From the NCBI RefSeq assembly GCF_016432865.1, contig NC_067400.1:246202001-246266000 (forward strand): a stretch of 64,000 nt of DNA. The letters are read 5' to 3'. Of this stretch, positions 22,640 to 36,436 are shown piece by piece. A program made the position numbers and the translations under genes. Below the pieces are notes generated by a model, which searched no databases, was not told where the DNA came from, and worked only from the letters and a program-made list of their open reading frames with translations. This DNA comes from Antechinus flavipes (lineage: Eukaryota). Positions within the stretch are counted from its first letter, which is position 1. Each line of letters begins with the position of its first letter.

Positions 22640-25480
22640 TTTTCTTTTCTTTTCTTTTTTACAAAATAATTTTTAAAAAAATAGAAAAAAAGAATACCAG
22701 AAAAGGAAAATTAGAAAACATTGTCATGTGCCCAGGAAGCATCAGGAAGATTCACTGTACATAACAATAAATTTCCATTTCAAGAAAGCATATATAATAA
22801 TAGATGAAATTGTATTCATGAGTTCCATGTTTTCTTTGCTTCCTTGTTATTTGTATTGTTTTGTTCTCTGCTGGACACTTTCTTACTTTATTCTTTTTTA
22901 CCCCTTTCATTACCCCACTTCCCTCAAGCGGGCTACAATTAAGCATATATATATTTCCATAGACCCACAAACTTATACATACATGCACATACATAGACCT
23001 ACATGCATACATATCCTCATACTCATTCACATACACAAACATACATATTTACATACATATAAACATGCATCTAAAATAATGTAAGTTTCTCTCAATTTAA
23101 TCTTTAAGTTTGACTTTGTTTAAGATCAATGATTACTATCCCTACTTTTTTCCATAATAAATTTTACTCCTGGTCTTTGTAGTGTTTCTGTATTTCTCTT
23201 ATTTCCTCTCCCTGTTAACTTTTACTGTAATTCTGCTCTTTAACTTGCCTTGCTATTACTTAACCTCCCCTCACCCATGGATCCCTCCTTTGTCTTTTCT
23301 GCCCATCCTTCTCTTCCCTTTTTCTTCCATTGCCATTAATCTAAAAACCCTTCTGTACCACACCTAATTTTATGCTATCTTTTCCACCTTTATCTCTTTC
23401 CCATTAATCTACACACATTATCCCACTACCAAAAATCTACACATCTTTCTATACCCCACTTTATTTATAGTCTCTTTCTCCTTATCTCCTTATAGATTTT
23501 GGAGGGTGCTATGTCTTTCATGGTATATAGATATAGCTATGGCTATGTAGTGTTCCCTATTTAATGTATTCCCAATGTGAATAGGTTTTCAGAACTTTGA
23601 GGCCTCCTTTCCCCCCTCATGTTTCTGTATCTGTTCTTCCTCTGCATCTTGTTTGTGCAGAATAATTACTATTTTTGTTTTTCTCTGGAAAGGTTTGCAT
23701 TTTAGAATCAGATCTCAATTCTGACTCAATCTTTCTTTTGAGCTATCCAATTACTGATATCAATTTTAAATATGTGATAGGCATTTCCCTGTACAACACA
23801 TAAATGATTTGTCCATGTTGAACTCCTTGAAATAAATCTTTGATATTGGTTCTTATATATTAAATTTTCTAAGTTTGGGTTTGGTTGAGACAAAGTCCTG
23901 AAACAAAGCAAGTTCAAAGCATAGTATTTTTTTTTTAATTCAACATTATGGATAACTTTGCTAGATGTGAAATTCTTGGCCTCACATCTAGATCTTTTGA
24001 TTAATCATTTATACCAGGATCTGCTATCTTTTATTGTGGCTGCCAGCAAATCCTGTACAATTCTAATTGTAGGTCGAGCATATTTGAATTGTTTTTGTTT
24101 GTTTGTTTGTTTGTTTGTTTGTTTTTGTGGTTGCTGGTGTGTCTTACAAAATTTTTTCTTTGCTCTGGGGGTTTCAAAATTTGGCAATACTATTTCTATG
24201 TATTTGCCACAAAGCATGAGGTGATGATCAGTGGACTTTTTTCTATTTCTACCTTCCCTTTATATTTTACCACTCCCAGACAATTTTCTTTCATTATTTC
24301 TTGCATTATTGTGAGAAATTCTTTTTTTGATCACAACTTTTAGATAGTCCAACTATTTTTATATTTTCTCTTCTTGATCTGTTCTCCAGATCACTTGTTT
24401 TTCTTATAAGATGTATCACATTCTGCTCTATTTTTTCTTGCTTTATATTTTGTTTTGTTTTATTTCTAGCCTTTTATAGTTTCACTGATTTCCCTTTGCC
24501 TAATTCTAATTTTCAAAGAATTATTTTCTTTTTTAAGACTATATCGCCTTTTCTGGTTTGTTAACCTTTTTTTCATAACTTTTAAGGATGGTCTTTACTT
24601 TTTTATTTTTTTAATTTTTGTGAAATCTCTCTCACTTGATTTTTACTCTTTTCTGAGTTCTTCCATAAATTCTATCTGGGCAGCTGTTTGTAGTGGCTAG
24701 AAACTGGAAAATGAATGGATGCCCATCAATTGGAGAATGGCTGGGTAAATTGTGGTATATGAATGTTATGGAATATTATTGCTCTGTAAGGAATGACCAG
24801 CAGGATGAATACAGAGAGGCTTGGAGAGACCTACATGGACTGATGCTAAGTGAGATGAGCAGAACCAGGAGATCATTATACACTTCGACAACGATATTGT
24901 ATGAGGATGTATTCTGATGGAAGTGGATTTCTATGACAAAGAGACCTAACTGAGTTTCAAGGGATAAATGATGGACAGAAACAGCTGTACCCAAAGAAGG
25001 AACACTGGGAAACAAATGTGAACTATTTGCATTTTTTATTTTCTTCCCGAGTTATTTTTACCTTCTGAATCCAATTCTCCCTGTGCAACAGGAAAACTGT
25101 TCAGTTCTGCAAATATGTATTGTATCTAGGCTATACTGCAACATATTTAACATATATAGGACTGCTTGCCATCTTGGGGGGGGGGGTGGAGGGAGGGAGG
25201 GAAAAAAAACGAAACATAAGCGAGTGCAAGGGATAATGTTGTAAAAAATTACCCTGGCATGGATTCTGTCAATACAAAGTTATTATTAAATAAAATAAAA
25301 TTTAAATTTAAAAAAAATTTCTATCTGGGCAAGTAGTCATTTAACATTGTAGAAAAGGCTTTTTTTTTTTTTAACTTCACCATCCTCCTCTGAAGATGAA
25401 CTTGAGTTCTCAAAGTAAGTTTCTGTGGTTGAGCTTTTTTCTTCTCTGCTGTTCATTTTTTTTACAACAAATAAAATACC
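22640..25480 (-). mobile_element. L1-derived element: ORF1, short ORF2-EN remnant and own 3' tail (HAL1-like or internally deleted L1)
   Basis: Minus-strand KQFKYARPTIRIVQDLLAATIKD (L1 ORF1 C-terminus); EN-like remnant at about 23070-23150; T-rich end at about 22640. Confidence 0.65.
24683..25318 (+). mobile_element. Young 5'-truncated L1 nested in the older element
   Basis: ORF2 C-terminus ARNWKMNGCPSIGEWL...; 13-bp TSD ttctatctgggca at 24670-24682 and 25319-25331. Confidence 0.92.
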
Positions 25481-25649
25481 TTTTTATTTATTTTTCAAAT
25501 TTTGATCAAAACATTCAATTAACAACAAAAATAAAAATAATGAAAAGTCTAAGTAGGAAAAGAACATTTTATTCTCTGTAATAACATTCAAAATTAGTTT
25601 AAGGGAATAAAAGACCACCTCTGGATCAAGTTCTCTGGTACAAAAATGA

Positions 25650-26280
25650 AAAGAATCCACAAGTACAAAAATATTTATAGCACTTCTCTTTGTGATGACA
25701 AAGAATTGGAAATTGTGGAGATAATCATCATTTGAGGAATGGTTGAAGAAGTTGTGGTATATGAATGTAATTGTTCTATTGTTCTATAAAAAAATGATGA
25801 GCTTGTAGATTTCAAAAAATCTAGAAAGACTTACATGAATAGATGTTGAGTGAAGTGAACAGATCCAGGAAAACATCATATACAGAAACAGCAATATTGT
25901 ATAGTGATCAACTATGATAGACTTAGCTCTTCTCCACAATACAATTATCCAAGACAATTTTAAGACTCCTGATGAAAACAGTATTCACCACTAGGAAAAT
26001 AACAATGAAGTCAGAATGCAGATTGTAGCATAATTTTTTGTAATTTTAATTTTCTCATAGTTTTTCCCTTTTTCTGATTCTTCTTTCACAGCATGAATAA
26101 TATGGAAATATATTTAACACGATGTTAATCATGTTATGACATGATTGTTACATGTTATTCTAGATTAGTTGCTGTCTTAGAAAGAGGATGAGGGAAAGAG
26201 AAAACTTTGAAACTCAAAACCTACAAAAATAAATGTTAAAAACTATATTTACATGTAACTGGAAAAAATACTATTAACTT
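25650..26280 (+). mobile_element. Old L1 3' fragment
   Basis: Paralog of 16750-17375. Confidence 0.7.
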
Positions 26281-27789
26281 CAGAGACAGACGGGTAGAAA
26301 GACAGAGGCAGAGATGGCAGTGTCATCTGTGCTCTCTAAGACCATGACTTTTAATTCTTTCAAGTGAGTCTCACAAGCCCAGGGCTGGAGACCTTTATTC
26401 CAATTGATCTGCTCCTCTAGTTGCTCTACACTTTGGTCAAAGACTAATCAAAAAGTAAGCAGTGCAGGTTATAGGCTATAACTTCCATTTTCCTGAATTC
26501 TCTTATAGCCCATCTCACAAAATCTCAAGATCATATTGGAATATCTGTTTTCATATGACCTCTTACTGGACTTTCTTATCCTTTAGAGAGAAGTTATGGG
26601 AAATTTAGAGGCTAGGAGGAAAGATATGATGTTTATTGCCTACCTGACCACTTTGACCTCATTTTTCCATGCCTTAGTTAAAGTTTCTCTGAGATGTTTC
26701 ACAGCTTGCCTTCTCTTTGGTCCACTACATCTTCTCAGCCATAGGCTGTTACTTTCTCTCTGACCCTCAACTACCCCATCTCAGCTTTCAGACCAACATT
26801 TTACCTGAATTCTTTTGTTCAGCAGACTCTCTACCTAGGTGATGAATGCATGATCTTACCCAAACTCTTATTATGAGCACTTCTCAGTACTTACACATTC
26901 AAAAAGTCCATGAGTGTACTGCAATCAATGGAGCGATCTCAGTTTCTTCTGGATCTTCTTTAATTGTTTTGAAAATCTAGACATCTGGTTCCTGAATCCA
27001 ATATTCAAGCATATTTTTCTCTTCAATTTGCCTCATGGTCAAAATTAATGGCTTCTTCTGAGTTTTCCTTCTTCTTGATGGCCTTTCAGATTTTGAAAGT
27101 GCTGGCTAATAGATGCTGCTATATAGGTCTGACACAGTTCTTTAGGCATATTCTTCATTTCTGGTATCCTAAAACATCCAGTTGTCTTGTCATCATTGCC
27201 TATATGATCACTCCTAAAGATCTCTTTATTTTCTTTCCTCTCCACAAAATTGTCTCTTATAGTGAAAGAGTAGACCTTCTTAAGCTATCAGAACTTCTAG
27301 TTCTGTCTCTGTCTCTGTCTTTCTGCATCTGTTTCTTTCTTGTCTTCTCTGTTCTGTGTGTGTTTGTGTTTGTTTTGGTCTCCATCTGTGTCTCTTTTTT
27401 CCTCTTTTGGCTCCTATCACTCTCTCCTCTTTCTCTCCTTCATTCACTGCAAGATCTTGAGATACAGGCAAAATCTCTTCTAAACTTCAATTTCACTGAA
27501 TTCTATAGAGTTCATGAACTATAAGATTAGGCAATTTCAATTTTATGTCCCCTTACATATCTCAAAACCTCCAACTCTATAACTGATTTCCTTATCCTGA
27601 CTCTTCAAAAGTAAACAAACTATTCAAAATTCCTTTTTAGCTTTATAACTTCCACCAAACCAAGAAATCATGTTCACAGACTTGGGAAAAGTCCTGATTT
27701 CATCTGCATGGTCACCAGATTATCTGTTCAAGGGATTTTCTTAAAAATATTTTTCTGACTCCTCTTCCATTCCAAACAAATAAAATTCT

Positions 27790-28295
27790 TGTAGTGTTCT
27801 TGTTTGGTTTTCTGGAGGTCTTGGGACCAGCCTTCATTTCAGTTCAGTAATCACCACAAGAGTAGCCAGATGTTAAAGTCCAAATCCTTTATTATTTCCT
27901 TCACAATCTAGTTTCCTTGTCTGGAGCCTAGGGTAGCTTTCTTAGAGGCCTTCTGGAGTCTTGGTTTCAGTGGAGAAGCTAAGGAGGAGAGCCCTGCCAC
28001 TACAGGGTGAAAGATGCGATGAATGAATCTGTCTCTCCTTGAATCCAAAAGCTTGAGCTCCCACCTCCAGTCTGCTTGTCTTCTCTGGCTCTCAGTCTCT
28101 GCTTATATGTTCCACACTGAGAATAAATCAATAATTATATCACTAGGAAACTATTATTTATTGTAAGATTAAATCAATCATACTGAATTTAGAGAACTAT
28201 TAATCACCATGCTAAACTAGATAACCAATGTCTCATCAATTCTACTGAGTTAACACCTTGTAAGAATCCTTGTTTCAGAGTTCTGGCCCATAACA
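27790..28295 (-). mobile_element. Solo ERV LTR (506 bp)
   Basis: TG...CA termini; flanks aattct/aattcc; minus-strand AATAAA at 27888-27893; absent from paralogous units. Confidence 0.8.
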
Positions 28296-29253
28296 AATTC
28301 CAAAGCAAAGCATCAATAATCTTGTAAAAATCAGGAATGTACTATTTTTATGGATTTAAGAAGATATCCTTTTTTGGGATTTCATTGTCATCACTGACTT
28401 CTTCCTACTTTTCTAGTCTCAGTACATTAATTCTCTTCCCCACATTTGATACTCCTGTCCTATGTAGCCTACTTGCTTTCACTCAATGTATTTCATTTAC
28501 CTTGTGCTTGACTTTTCACTACCTGACTATCTATCCTGCCAAGAATCCTCTCTTTTCTCTTCCTGTCATCTCTGCCTTTTCCTGATCTAAGAGAATCTCT
28601 GGTTTGGGACATTAACACATTGTTCCAAGTATTTGTGCCTTTATTCCTAAGATCTTCTCCTATGAAATCTCTATGTAGGTGGCAGGTGCCTTGTTCTTTT
28701 GATTGTTGCACTATCCTTGTAATTCACTGGCCTGAAAACAGGAACTCTAGTAATCTTTTTTTGTATCTTCAAGCTTGAGTGCAGTGGTTAAAAGAGTATA
28801 AACATTGCAATGTTTATACTGTGTCCTTTTCCAAGGGTAGTTGGATTTACTAATTTAATACATTTTTTCTCCACAATTATCTCAACTTGAATCTGAAACT
28901 TGCTGTCATGTGATTTTGTAACAACACTGATCAAAAGAAATTAAATTAAAGTATGCTGAAAGAATAAGTAAGTCAGGCCAACAAGTCATGCAATTAAGAC
29001 AATGTCCCCAGGAGAAGCTATCATTAAAACTGCTTAGACCACCACTCATATTAACCATGTAGACTGTGACAACATTGCATCATTGCCAATGACAGGAATG
29101 TAATTCTTGTTGGAGTCTTCATAAAGAAACAGCAAATCAAGAGAGAACACCTTTAATGAGCTGGAGAAATTTTCAGGTAGCAAACAATGACAAGAACGTG
29201 ATTTTGCTTTGGCAAGTTCATTAGTGGGAATGATGCAGTTCTGGAATGAAGCT

Positions 29254-29280
29254 GCCACACCTCCCATGGGAAGTATATAA
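29254..29280 (+). promoter_or_regulatory. Core promoter, copy 5
   Basis: GCCACACCTCC at 29254; TATATAA 29274-29280. Confidence 0.85.
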
Positions 29281-29358
29281 GTCTCAGTGCACATGGTACC
29301 CTACATACTTAACTCAAGTTAAACCCTCATATCATCCAAATCTCTCAATCTTAACACA

Positions 29359-29619
29359 ATGAGCTACTACGGAGGCTACTACGGAGGCCTGGGCTGTGGC
29401 TATGGCTCTGGTTATGGCTGTGGATGTGGCAGCTACCGTGGCTATGGCTATGGAGGCTGTGGAGGCTGTGGTTGTGGAGGCTATGGCTACGGTGGCTATG
29501 GCTATGGAGGCCTAGGCTGTGGAGGCTATGGCTACGGAGGCCTGGGCTGTGGAAGCTATGGCTATGGCTGCTGCCGCCCATCTTGCTGTGGAGGGTATTC
29601 TTCCTATGGTTTCTACTGA
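29359..29619 (+). CDS. KRTAP19/20-like: HGT keratin-associated protein, copy 5 (86 aa)
   Basis: [14 protein letters not shown]...[16 protein letters not shown]. Confidence 0.95.
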   Translation: MSYYGGYYGGLGCGYGSGYGCGCGSYRGYGYGGCGGCGCGGYGYGGYGYGGLGCGGYGYGGLGCGSYGYGCCRPSCCGGYSSYGFY

Positions 29620-29939
29620 AAAACCACCTGTTCTTGCAGTGTCATGGAATTATTATCCAACCCAGCTTGCATCAACTCTACATCTTTGTAAGGACATCTC
29701 ATTCCATCTGCCTCTACTCCTGCGTGACATAGGAGAGATTCCAGAAGAGAATCTTGGAATTCTTAAGAAATACCCAGGGCAGTGACATGCCAGGGAATGA
29801 GAAAAAGCCAAATCTAGCCTTCTGGGAAAAGATGCAGAATCTCATCTGGAATGAGGGTGATTCTCCAAATGACAGCTTATTTCCATCAAGTTTGCTCAGC
29901 TCTGATATACCATGGCTGAGAGGTCTGTTATGATTTTCT

Positions 29940-29945
29940 AATAAA
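29940..29945 (+). terminator. PolyA signal, copy 5
   Basis: AATAAA at the homologous position. Confidence 0.8.
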
Positions 29946-31184
29946 TTTGTTTGACTGGCTTAGCAAAACTGTTTTTACTTCTCTTCCTTGAAATTCAGTC
30001 TCATACTCTATACTGTACACATTGAAGAAAATTTAGTCTTCAATCCATTTCTTGCAATAAAGAGATAATGTTCCAGTTTTCTACTCAAAATTATTGCCTT
30101 GTTAAATTCCTCTTTAAAACTTCATTTCTGCAATGTTAAAAATTGATCATTTACAATCCTTTATAATACCCAGTTCTCCATTATACTGATGTCAAGAACT
30201 TTGTTTTTGTAAGCTATTTGTAAGGCTGTAAGGTTTTTCTCACAACCTGTGTGCACATTGAAAGGTTTTTTATGTTCAATTTTTCTCAGAGATTTATCTT
30301 TATCACTACATGCTCATGATCCATTATTTCCAGATCTAAGTGGTTCCTGACAATTGTCAAGATGTGGACTGGCCAGGGATTTCTAGTTGTCTTCTATCAA
30401 ATACCTGAACAGCCAAGGAAAAAAAATGTTTGCTTTATTGCTCATCATCTTGCTCAGACTTTTGGCCCCCAAAACAAGTCTCTCCAAAGTGTTCTTGGGA
30501 AGAAAGTTGGAGCTTGTAGAGTTAACTACAAAATGTATAGTAGTAACTTAATAATTTTAGTTATTGAGATAGTTATTGATTCAGACAGTATTTCAGACAG
30601 TAAGGAAACATTATAAATGATACATCTTGTGCCTTCAGAAATCTATCTTAAAATAAATGTGTATTAGTGAATACTAATTTTTAGCCCTTATTCTCTTTCA
30701 CTGAAAATCATGGATTCACTGGCTTTTCAATGGAAATGCCCTCAAAAGATTCACTCTGATCATTTCTTACCAAAACAAATCTTTCAGTGATTTATCAATA
30801 CTTTCTCTGCAGACATCCTATGACAGTCACTTCAATGAAAATTAATCCTTCAGGAGGAAGATAATTTCTCTATTTTAAAGGGTTTGCATTTGGATTGCAT
30901 TTTCATATATATATTCTCCTTTTACTGAGGTATGTTATTGGAATATTTGTTTTATTCCTAAATTTTAAATTACTTATTTTTTAAAGAGAAAAATATCAGG
31001 AGATAGGCACATCTTAGGCTGACTTCCTGAAAGTATATTCAGAATAATTCTGGTAGTAGATAGGTTGATATCTCATCTCATCAATGGGAATCTCATTCCC
31101 ATTTGGCTTTAAATTCTTCTATCATGACTATATTTGGAAAATTTTCTATTCCACTTAGTTTGAAAATAATTAGTGACATGATAG

Positions 31185-31395
31185 GAAGTAATGCAATGGA
31201 TGCAGTGCTTGGCATGGAGTATTGAATTCAAATCCAGCCAAAAACACAGACTGAGTGACCTTGGTCAAATCACTTGAGCCTTTTTTCCTTCAATTTACCA
31301 ATCAGCAAGGTGAGCTGGAAAGGAAAGAATCTCAAGCAGGAGAATGTCAGCTGAGGTCATGAAGTGTCAGACATAACTTAACAGCAAAGACAACA
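31185..31395 (+). mobile_element. MAR1-like SINE
   Basis: Paralog of 15880-16115. Confidence 0.7.
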
Positions 31396-31777
31396 AATAG
31401 TGACATCTATGAATAATATTGCTTTACAGTTTTTATGGGTCTGGATGGTTGTTGACATCAGTTCTCTCTGTAATGGTGCCCTAAATACAATCAAGTTCAT
31501 TTGCTGAATTCCCAAGGATATTTTGGAGGTTGAGCAGTATTGATATTTGTTCTTTATTAGTTTGTGAAGGTTAATGAGCTTCTGCTGTATTATTAAAGTC
31601 AACTAACCAGGTCTTTCTAGCTAGTCTTTAAGTGTTCAACTATTACAACCTGTAAAACAAAAGAGTATTCTATCTAACTAGTTCAAAGTTTTAAAGTTAA
31701 GCCCTAGAAAAGGCTACTGTTTCAATAAGCATAACTTTATTGAAAGTTTTAAAATCCTTATTCAAAAAGTAAGGCAG

Positions 31778-32444
31778 AAAATGCTTGTAGCAGCCCTGTT
31801 TGTAGTGGCTAGAAACTGGAAATTGAATGGATGCCCATCAATTTGAGAATGGCTGGGTAAATTGTGGTATATGAATGTTATGGAATATTATTGCTCTGTA
31901 AGGAATGACCAGCAGGATGAATACAGAGAGGCTTGGAGAGACCTACATGGACTGATGCTAAGTGAGATGAGCAGAACCAGGAGATCATTATACACTTCGA
32001 CAACGATATTGTATGAGGATGTATTCTGAAGGAAGTGGATTTCTATGACAAAGAGACCTAACTGAGTTTCAATGGATAAATGATGGACAGAAACAGCTAC
32101 ACCCAAAGAAGGAACACTGGGAAATGAATGTGAACTATTTGCATTTTTGATTTTCTTCCCGAGTTATTTTTACCTTCTGAATCCAATTCTCCCTGTGCAG
32201 CGGGAGAACTGTTCGGTTCTGCAAATATGTATTGTATCTAGGATATACTGCAACATATTTAACATATATAGGACTGCTTGCCATCTTGGGGTGGGGGGGT
32301 GGAGGGAGGGAGGGGAAAAAAACGAAACATAAGCGAGTGCAAGGGATAATGTTGTAAAAAAATTATCCTGGCATGGATTCAAAACAAAGTTATTATTAAA
32401 TAAAATAAAATTTAAAATTAATAAAAAAAAAAAACCCAAAAAAA
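31778..32444 (+). mobile_element. Young 5'-truncated L1
   Basis: 15-bp TSD caaaaagtaaggcag at 31763-31777 and 32445-32459; nearly identical to 24683-25318. Confidence 0.93.
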
Positions 32445-32714
32445 CAAAAAGTAAGGCAGGTTAATGAAGGACTTTAAAAAAATGGTTTTCCTCTTATTTC
32501 ATTTTTAAAATTGATTTAAACAATCAATTAATACCAAAAAAGGAAAGAAAAGAAATTCGCAGTGGGAAAACAGAATTCCATTCTTTGTATCAAAATGGAA
32601 CATCAATTTAAATTTATAAAAGACCATATCTGCATTCATGTGCTTGCAAGTGGGAACAAATGAAAAACATCTAACACCTGTATGTTATCAATGCCATTTA
32701 AAAAAAAATTAAGA

Positions 32715-33390
32715 AAGCTGATACTAAAAGGAAAAGGGCCCACATGTACAAAAATATGTATACCAGCTCGTTCTGTGATGGCAAAGAATTGGAAATTGTG
32801 AGGATGTCCATAAATTGGCCAATGACTAAACAAATTGAGGTATATGAATGTAATGGAGCACTATTGTTTTATGAAAAATGATGAGCAGGAGAATATCAGA
32901 AAGACTGGGAATGACTTAAATTTGTACTGAGTGAAGTGTACTGAGAACCAAGAGAATAATCTACTAAGTAACAGCAGCATTGTGAAATGATCAACTGTAA
33001 TAGACTTTTCTGTTCTCAGAAATACAATGATCAAGAAAATTCCCAAACACTTCTGGTGAAAAATGATAGCCACATCTAGAAAGAGAATTATGAAGTTTTA
33101 GTATCAATTGTAGCATAACATTTTCATTTTGATTTTTGTTTTAACTTTCTCTTTTGTTCTGATTCTTCTTTCATAACATGACTAATATGGAATTAAGTTT
33201 AACACAATTTTTAAAATAAAAAAATTTTAAATAAAAAATATAGCATGATTGTTTGCTATATCAGATTGGTTGCTGTCCTGGGAAGAGGGAAGGGAAAGAG
33301 AAAAATATGGAACTCAAAACTTATAAAAATGAATATTGAAAACTATCTTTATATGTAACTAGGGGAAAAAAAAGAAATACTATTAAGTAC
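32715..33390 (+). mobile_element. Old L1 3' fragment
   Basis: Paralog of 16750-17375. Confidence 0.7.
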
Positions 33391-34387
33391 ATAGTGAGAG
33401 AGATAGAGAGACCTAGCATGATGTTATCAAAGTTCTCTAAAGCCATGAGTCTCAACTCCTTTAAGGGACTCTTCCTGGAGGCCCTTATTCCAACCAGTCT
33501 GTTCCTCTAAATGCTTTACACCTCAGGCAAACACTAGCCAAGAACTAAGCAGTGCAGATTATGAGCTATAATTTCCATTTTCCTGAATTCTAGTCCCTTT
33601 TGGCCCACTTCATGAAATCTCACGATCACAGTATAATATCTGGCTTTTACATGATATCTTATTTGGCTTCCTTGCTCCTTTAAAGACAATTGAGAAAGAT
33701 TTAGAAACTAGGAGGAGAGGTATTATGTTTATTGCATTCCCTACCACTTTGATCTCATTTTTCTCCTCATCAATTAAAATCTTTCTGAGAAGTTCCACAG
33801 CCAAGGAGCAACAGCCTGACGTCTCTTCTCTCCACTATATCCTCTCAGTTGGTAACAACCTCATCTACCATAGACTCAATTATTTTCTCCTTGACACTCA
33901 CTAGCACATCTTAGCTTTCAGACCAGCATTTAGCCTGAACTGGATAGTCCATCTGGCTGTCTTCCTAAACCTGGAATGCATAATCTAACCCAAATTCATA
34001 TTATCAGCACTTTGCAATACTTCCCTATTTAGAAATTTGATGCCTGCACTACAATCAGTGGAGCTATCTCAGAGCCCTTTCTGGATCTTCTTTCATTACC
34101 TTCGAAATCCTAGACATCCAGTTCCTGAAATCAATATTACTCTCTCAAAAGCACCTCACTACCAAAACTGAGGGCTTCTTCTGAGTCTTGCTTCTTGATT
34201 GCATTTCAGATCTTAGAAGCACTGGTTCACAGGTATGACAAAGTGCTTCTAGGCATTTCCAACAGCCTAAAACAGTCAATTGTCTCGTCATCAAATGCCT
34301 ATATGATGAATCCAAAAGTTTTCTTTCTTTTCTTTCCTCTCTACTAATTTTTTTCTTATGGCAAAGATTAGACCTTCCTGAGCTATC

Positions 34388-34625
34388 NNNNNNNNNNNNN
34401 NNNNNNNNNNNNNNNNNNNNNNNNNNNNNNNNNNNNNNNNNNNNNNNNNNNNNNNNNNNNNNNNNNNNNNNNNNNNNNNNNNNNNNNNNNNNNNNNNNNN
34501 NNNNNNNNNNNNNNNNNNNNNNNNNNNNNNNNNNNNNNNNNNNNNNNNNNNNNNNNNNNNNNNNNNNNNNNNNNNNNNNNNNNNNNNNNNNNNNNNNNNN
34601 NNNNNNNNNNNNNNNNNNNNNNNNN
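34388..34625. other. Assembly gap (N run)
   Basis: 238 Ns. Confidence 1.
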
Positions 34626-36078
34626 AGCTTCTCCTTCACTCACAATCCAATATCAAGTTACAGCCAAAATTGTCTCCTGATCTTCATTTCCACATCATGA
34701 TCTGTCATGATCTGTAAGATATGACAATTTCAATGTTAAGTCTCCTACATATCTCAAAACCCACAACTCTTTAGCTAATCTCCTTATGCTGTCTCTTCAA
34801 AAGTAACCTATCTATTCAAAACTTCCCTATAGTTTCTAAGAGAACTTCCACCAGGTTCACAGATTTGGTGAAGTCCTTGATCCCTCTGCATTATAACATC
34901 TATCCAATCAGTTGGCAAAACTTCTCCTTTCTGTCTTCTCAAAGTCTCTGCAATCCAAATACTTCTTTCTACTCATATTCATACATAACATCAGCCTTCA
35001 AAAGTCTCTCTGCAAAATCCTTTAATTAGTCTCCCTGCCTTACCCTTCTTACCACCCAGATCCAACTAAATCAAGGACAATCACCTGATCATTGAATCAA
35101 GGGATTTTCTTAAAATATTCTGCTGATTTCTCTGCCACTCTACCCACACAAAATTCCAAATCACTGCACCTTCAACAGCTTCTTGCTTTGTACTAGTCTA
35201 AGAAGATGCCTTTCACCTGGGATTTCATCATCTTCATCAACTGATTCCTTCCTATCTTTCAAGACTCAGTACACTTTATTCTATTCCCTACATTTTGGTA
35301 GTCCTGGTCAGAAAATGCACTTCATTTACCCTGTGCTTTACTTTGTATTGCCTGGCTCTCTTGCCAAGAAGTGTCTTTTCTCTCCTCCTGTCACCTCTTA
35401 ACTTTTCCTGATCCAAAAGAATCTCTGGCATGTGAAATTAACCCATTGTCTCAGGGACTTGTGCCTTTGCTGCTGAGATTTTCTTCTACAAAATCTCCAT
35501 GTAGATAACACATATTTGGTCTTTTCATGTGTTAACTGTTCTTGAAACTTTTAGAGCTTCCTAAGGACATTTGTTTGTATCCCTAAGCCTCAGTACAATA
35601 GCTGATAGAGTGTAATCTCTGCGAAGGTGGTTTATGTCCTTATGCTTTTTGAAAAGTGGTTTAATTTACTAATTCCATACATTTTTTTCTCCACAATTAC
35701 CTCAAGTTCAATCTGAAACTTGCTGTCACTTGGTCTTTTAAATGCAATGATCAAAAGAAATTGAATTAAAAGCATGCTGAAAGAATCAGAAGGTCAAGCC
35801 ATCAAGCTGTGAAATGAGGATAATGTCCCCAGGAGAGGCTGCCATTAAGACTGCTTACACTACTATTCACCTTAACCACATAGGCTTTGGCAACATTACA
35901 ATCATCTCTCACAACAGGAGTGCAATTCTTGTTGGAATCTTCATAGAAAAACAGTAGTTCAAGAGAAAACAACCTTAATGAGCTAGAGATATTCTTCTCA
36001 GTCAAAAATACAGTGACAAGAAGATGATTTTCCTTGGTAAGTTCATTAATGGGAATGATGTAGCTTTGGAATGAAGCT

Positions 36079-36107
36079 GCCACACCTCCTGCTGGAAGTG
36101 TATAAAA
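36079..36107 (+). promoter_or_regulatory. Core promoter, copy 6
   Basis: GCCACACCTCC at 36079; TATAAAA 36101-36107. Confidence 0.85.
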
Positions 36108-36175
36108 GTCCCAGTGCACATAGTGTTCTACCAAACTAAATCCTAACATCATCCACATCCACAAATCTTAACACA

Positions 36176-36436
36176 ATGAGCTACTACGGAGGCTACTATG
36201 GAGGCCTGGGCTGTGGTTATAGCTCCGGTTATGGCTGTGGATATGGCAGCTACGGTGGCCTAGGCTATGGCTATGGCAGTTGTGGCTGTGGAGGCCTGGG
36301 CTATAGTGGTTATGGCTATGGAGGCCGGGGCTGTGGAGGCTATGGCTATGGAGGCCTGGGCTGTGGAGGCTATGGTAGCTATGGCTGCTGCCGCCCATCT
36401 TGCTGTGGAGGGTTTTATTCTTCTGGCTTCTACTGA
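36176..36436 (+). CDS. KRTAP19/20-like: HGT keratin-associated protein, copy 6 (86 aa)
   Basis: [14 protein letters not shown]...[16 protein letters not shown]. Confidence 0.95.
   Translation: MSYYGGYYGGLGCGYSSGYGCGYGSYGGLGYGYGSCGCGGLGYSGYGYGGRGCGGYGYGGLGCGGYGSYGCCRPSCCGGFYSSGFY

Noticed and set aside
22728-23084. 118-aa His/Ile/Thr-rich ORF
   Set aside because: Low-complexity (ATAC)n region inside the L1-derived element
34145-34643. ORFs containing long X runs
   Set aside because: Artefacts of the N gap
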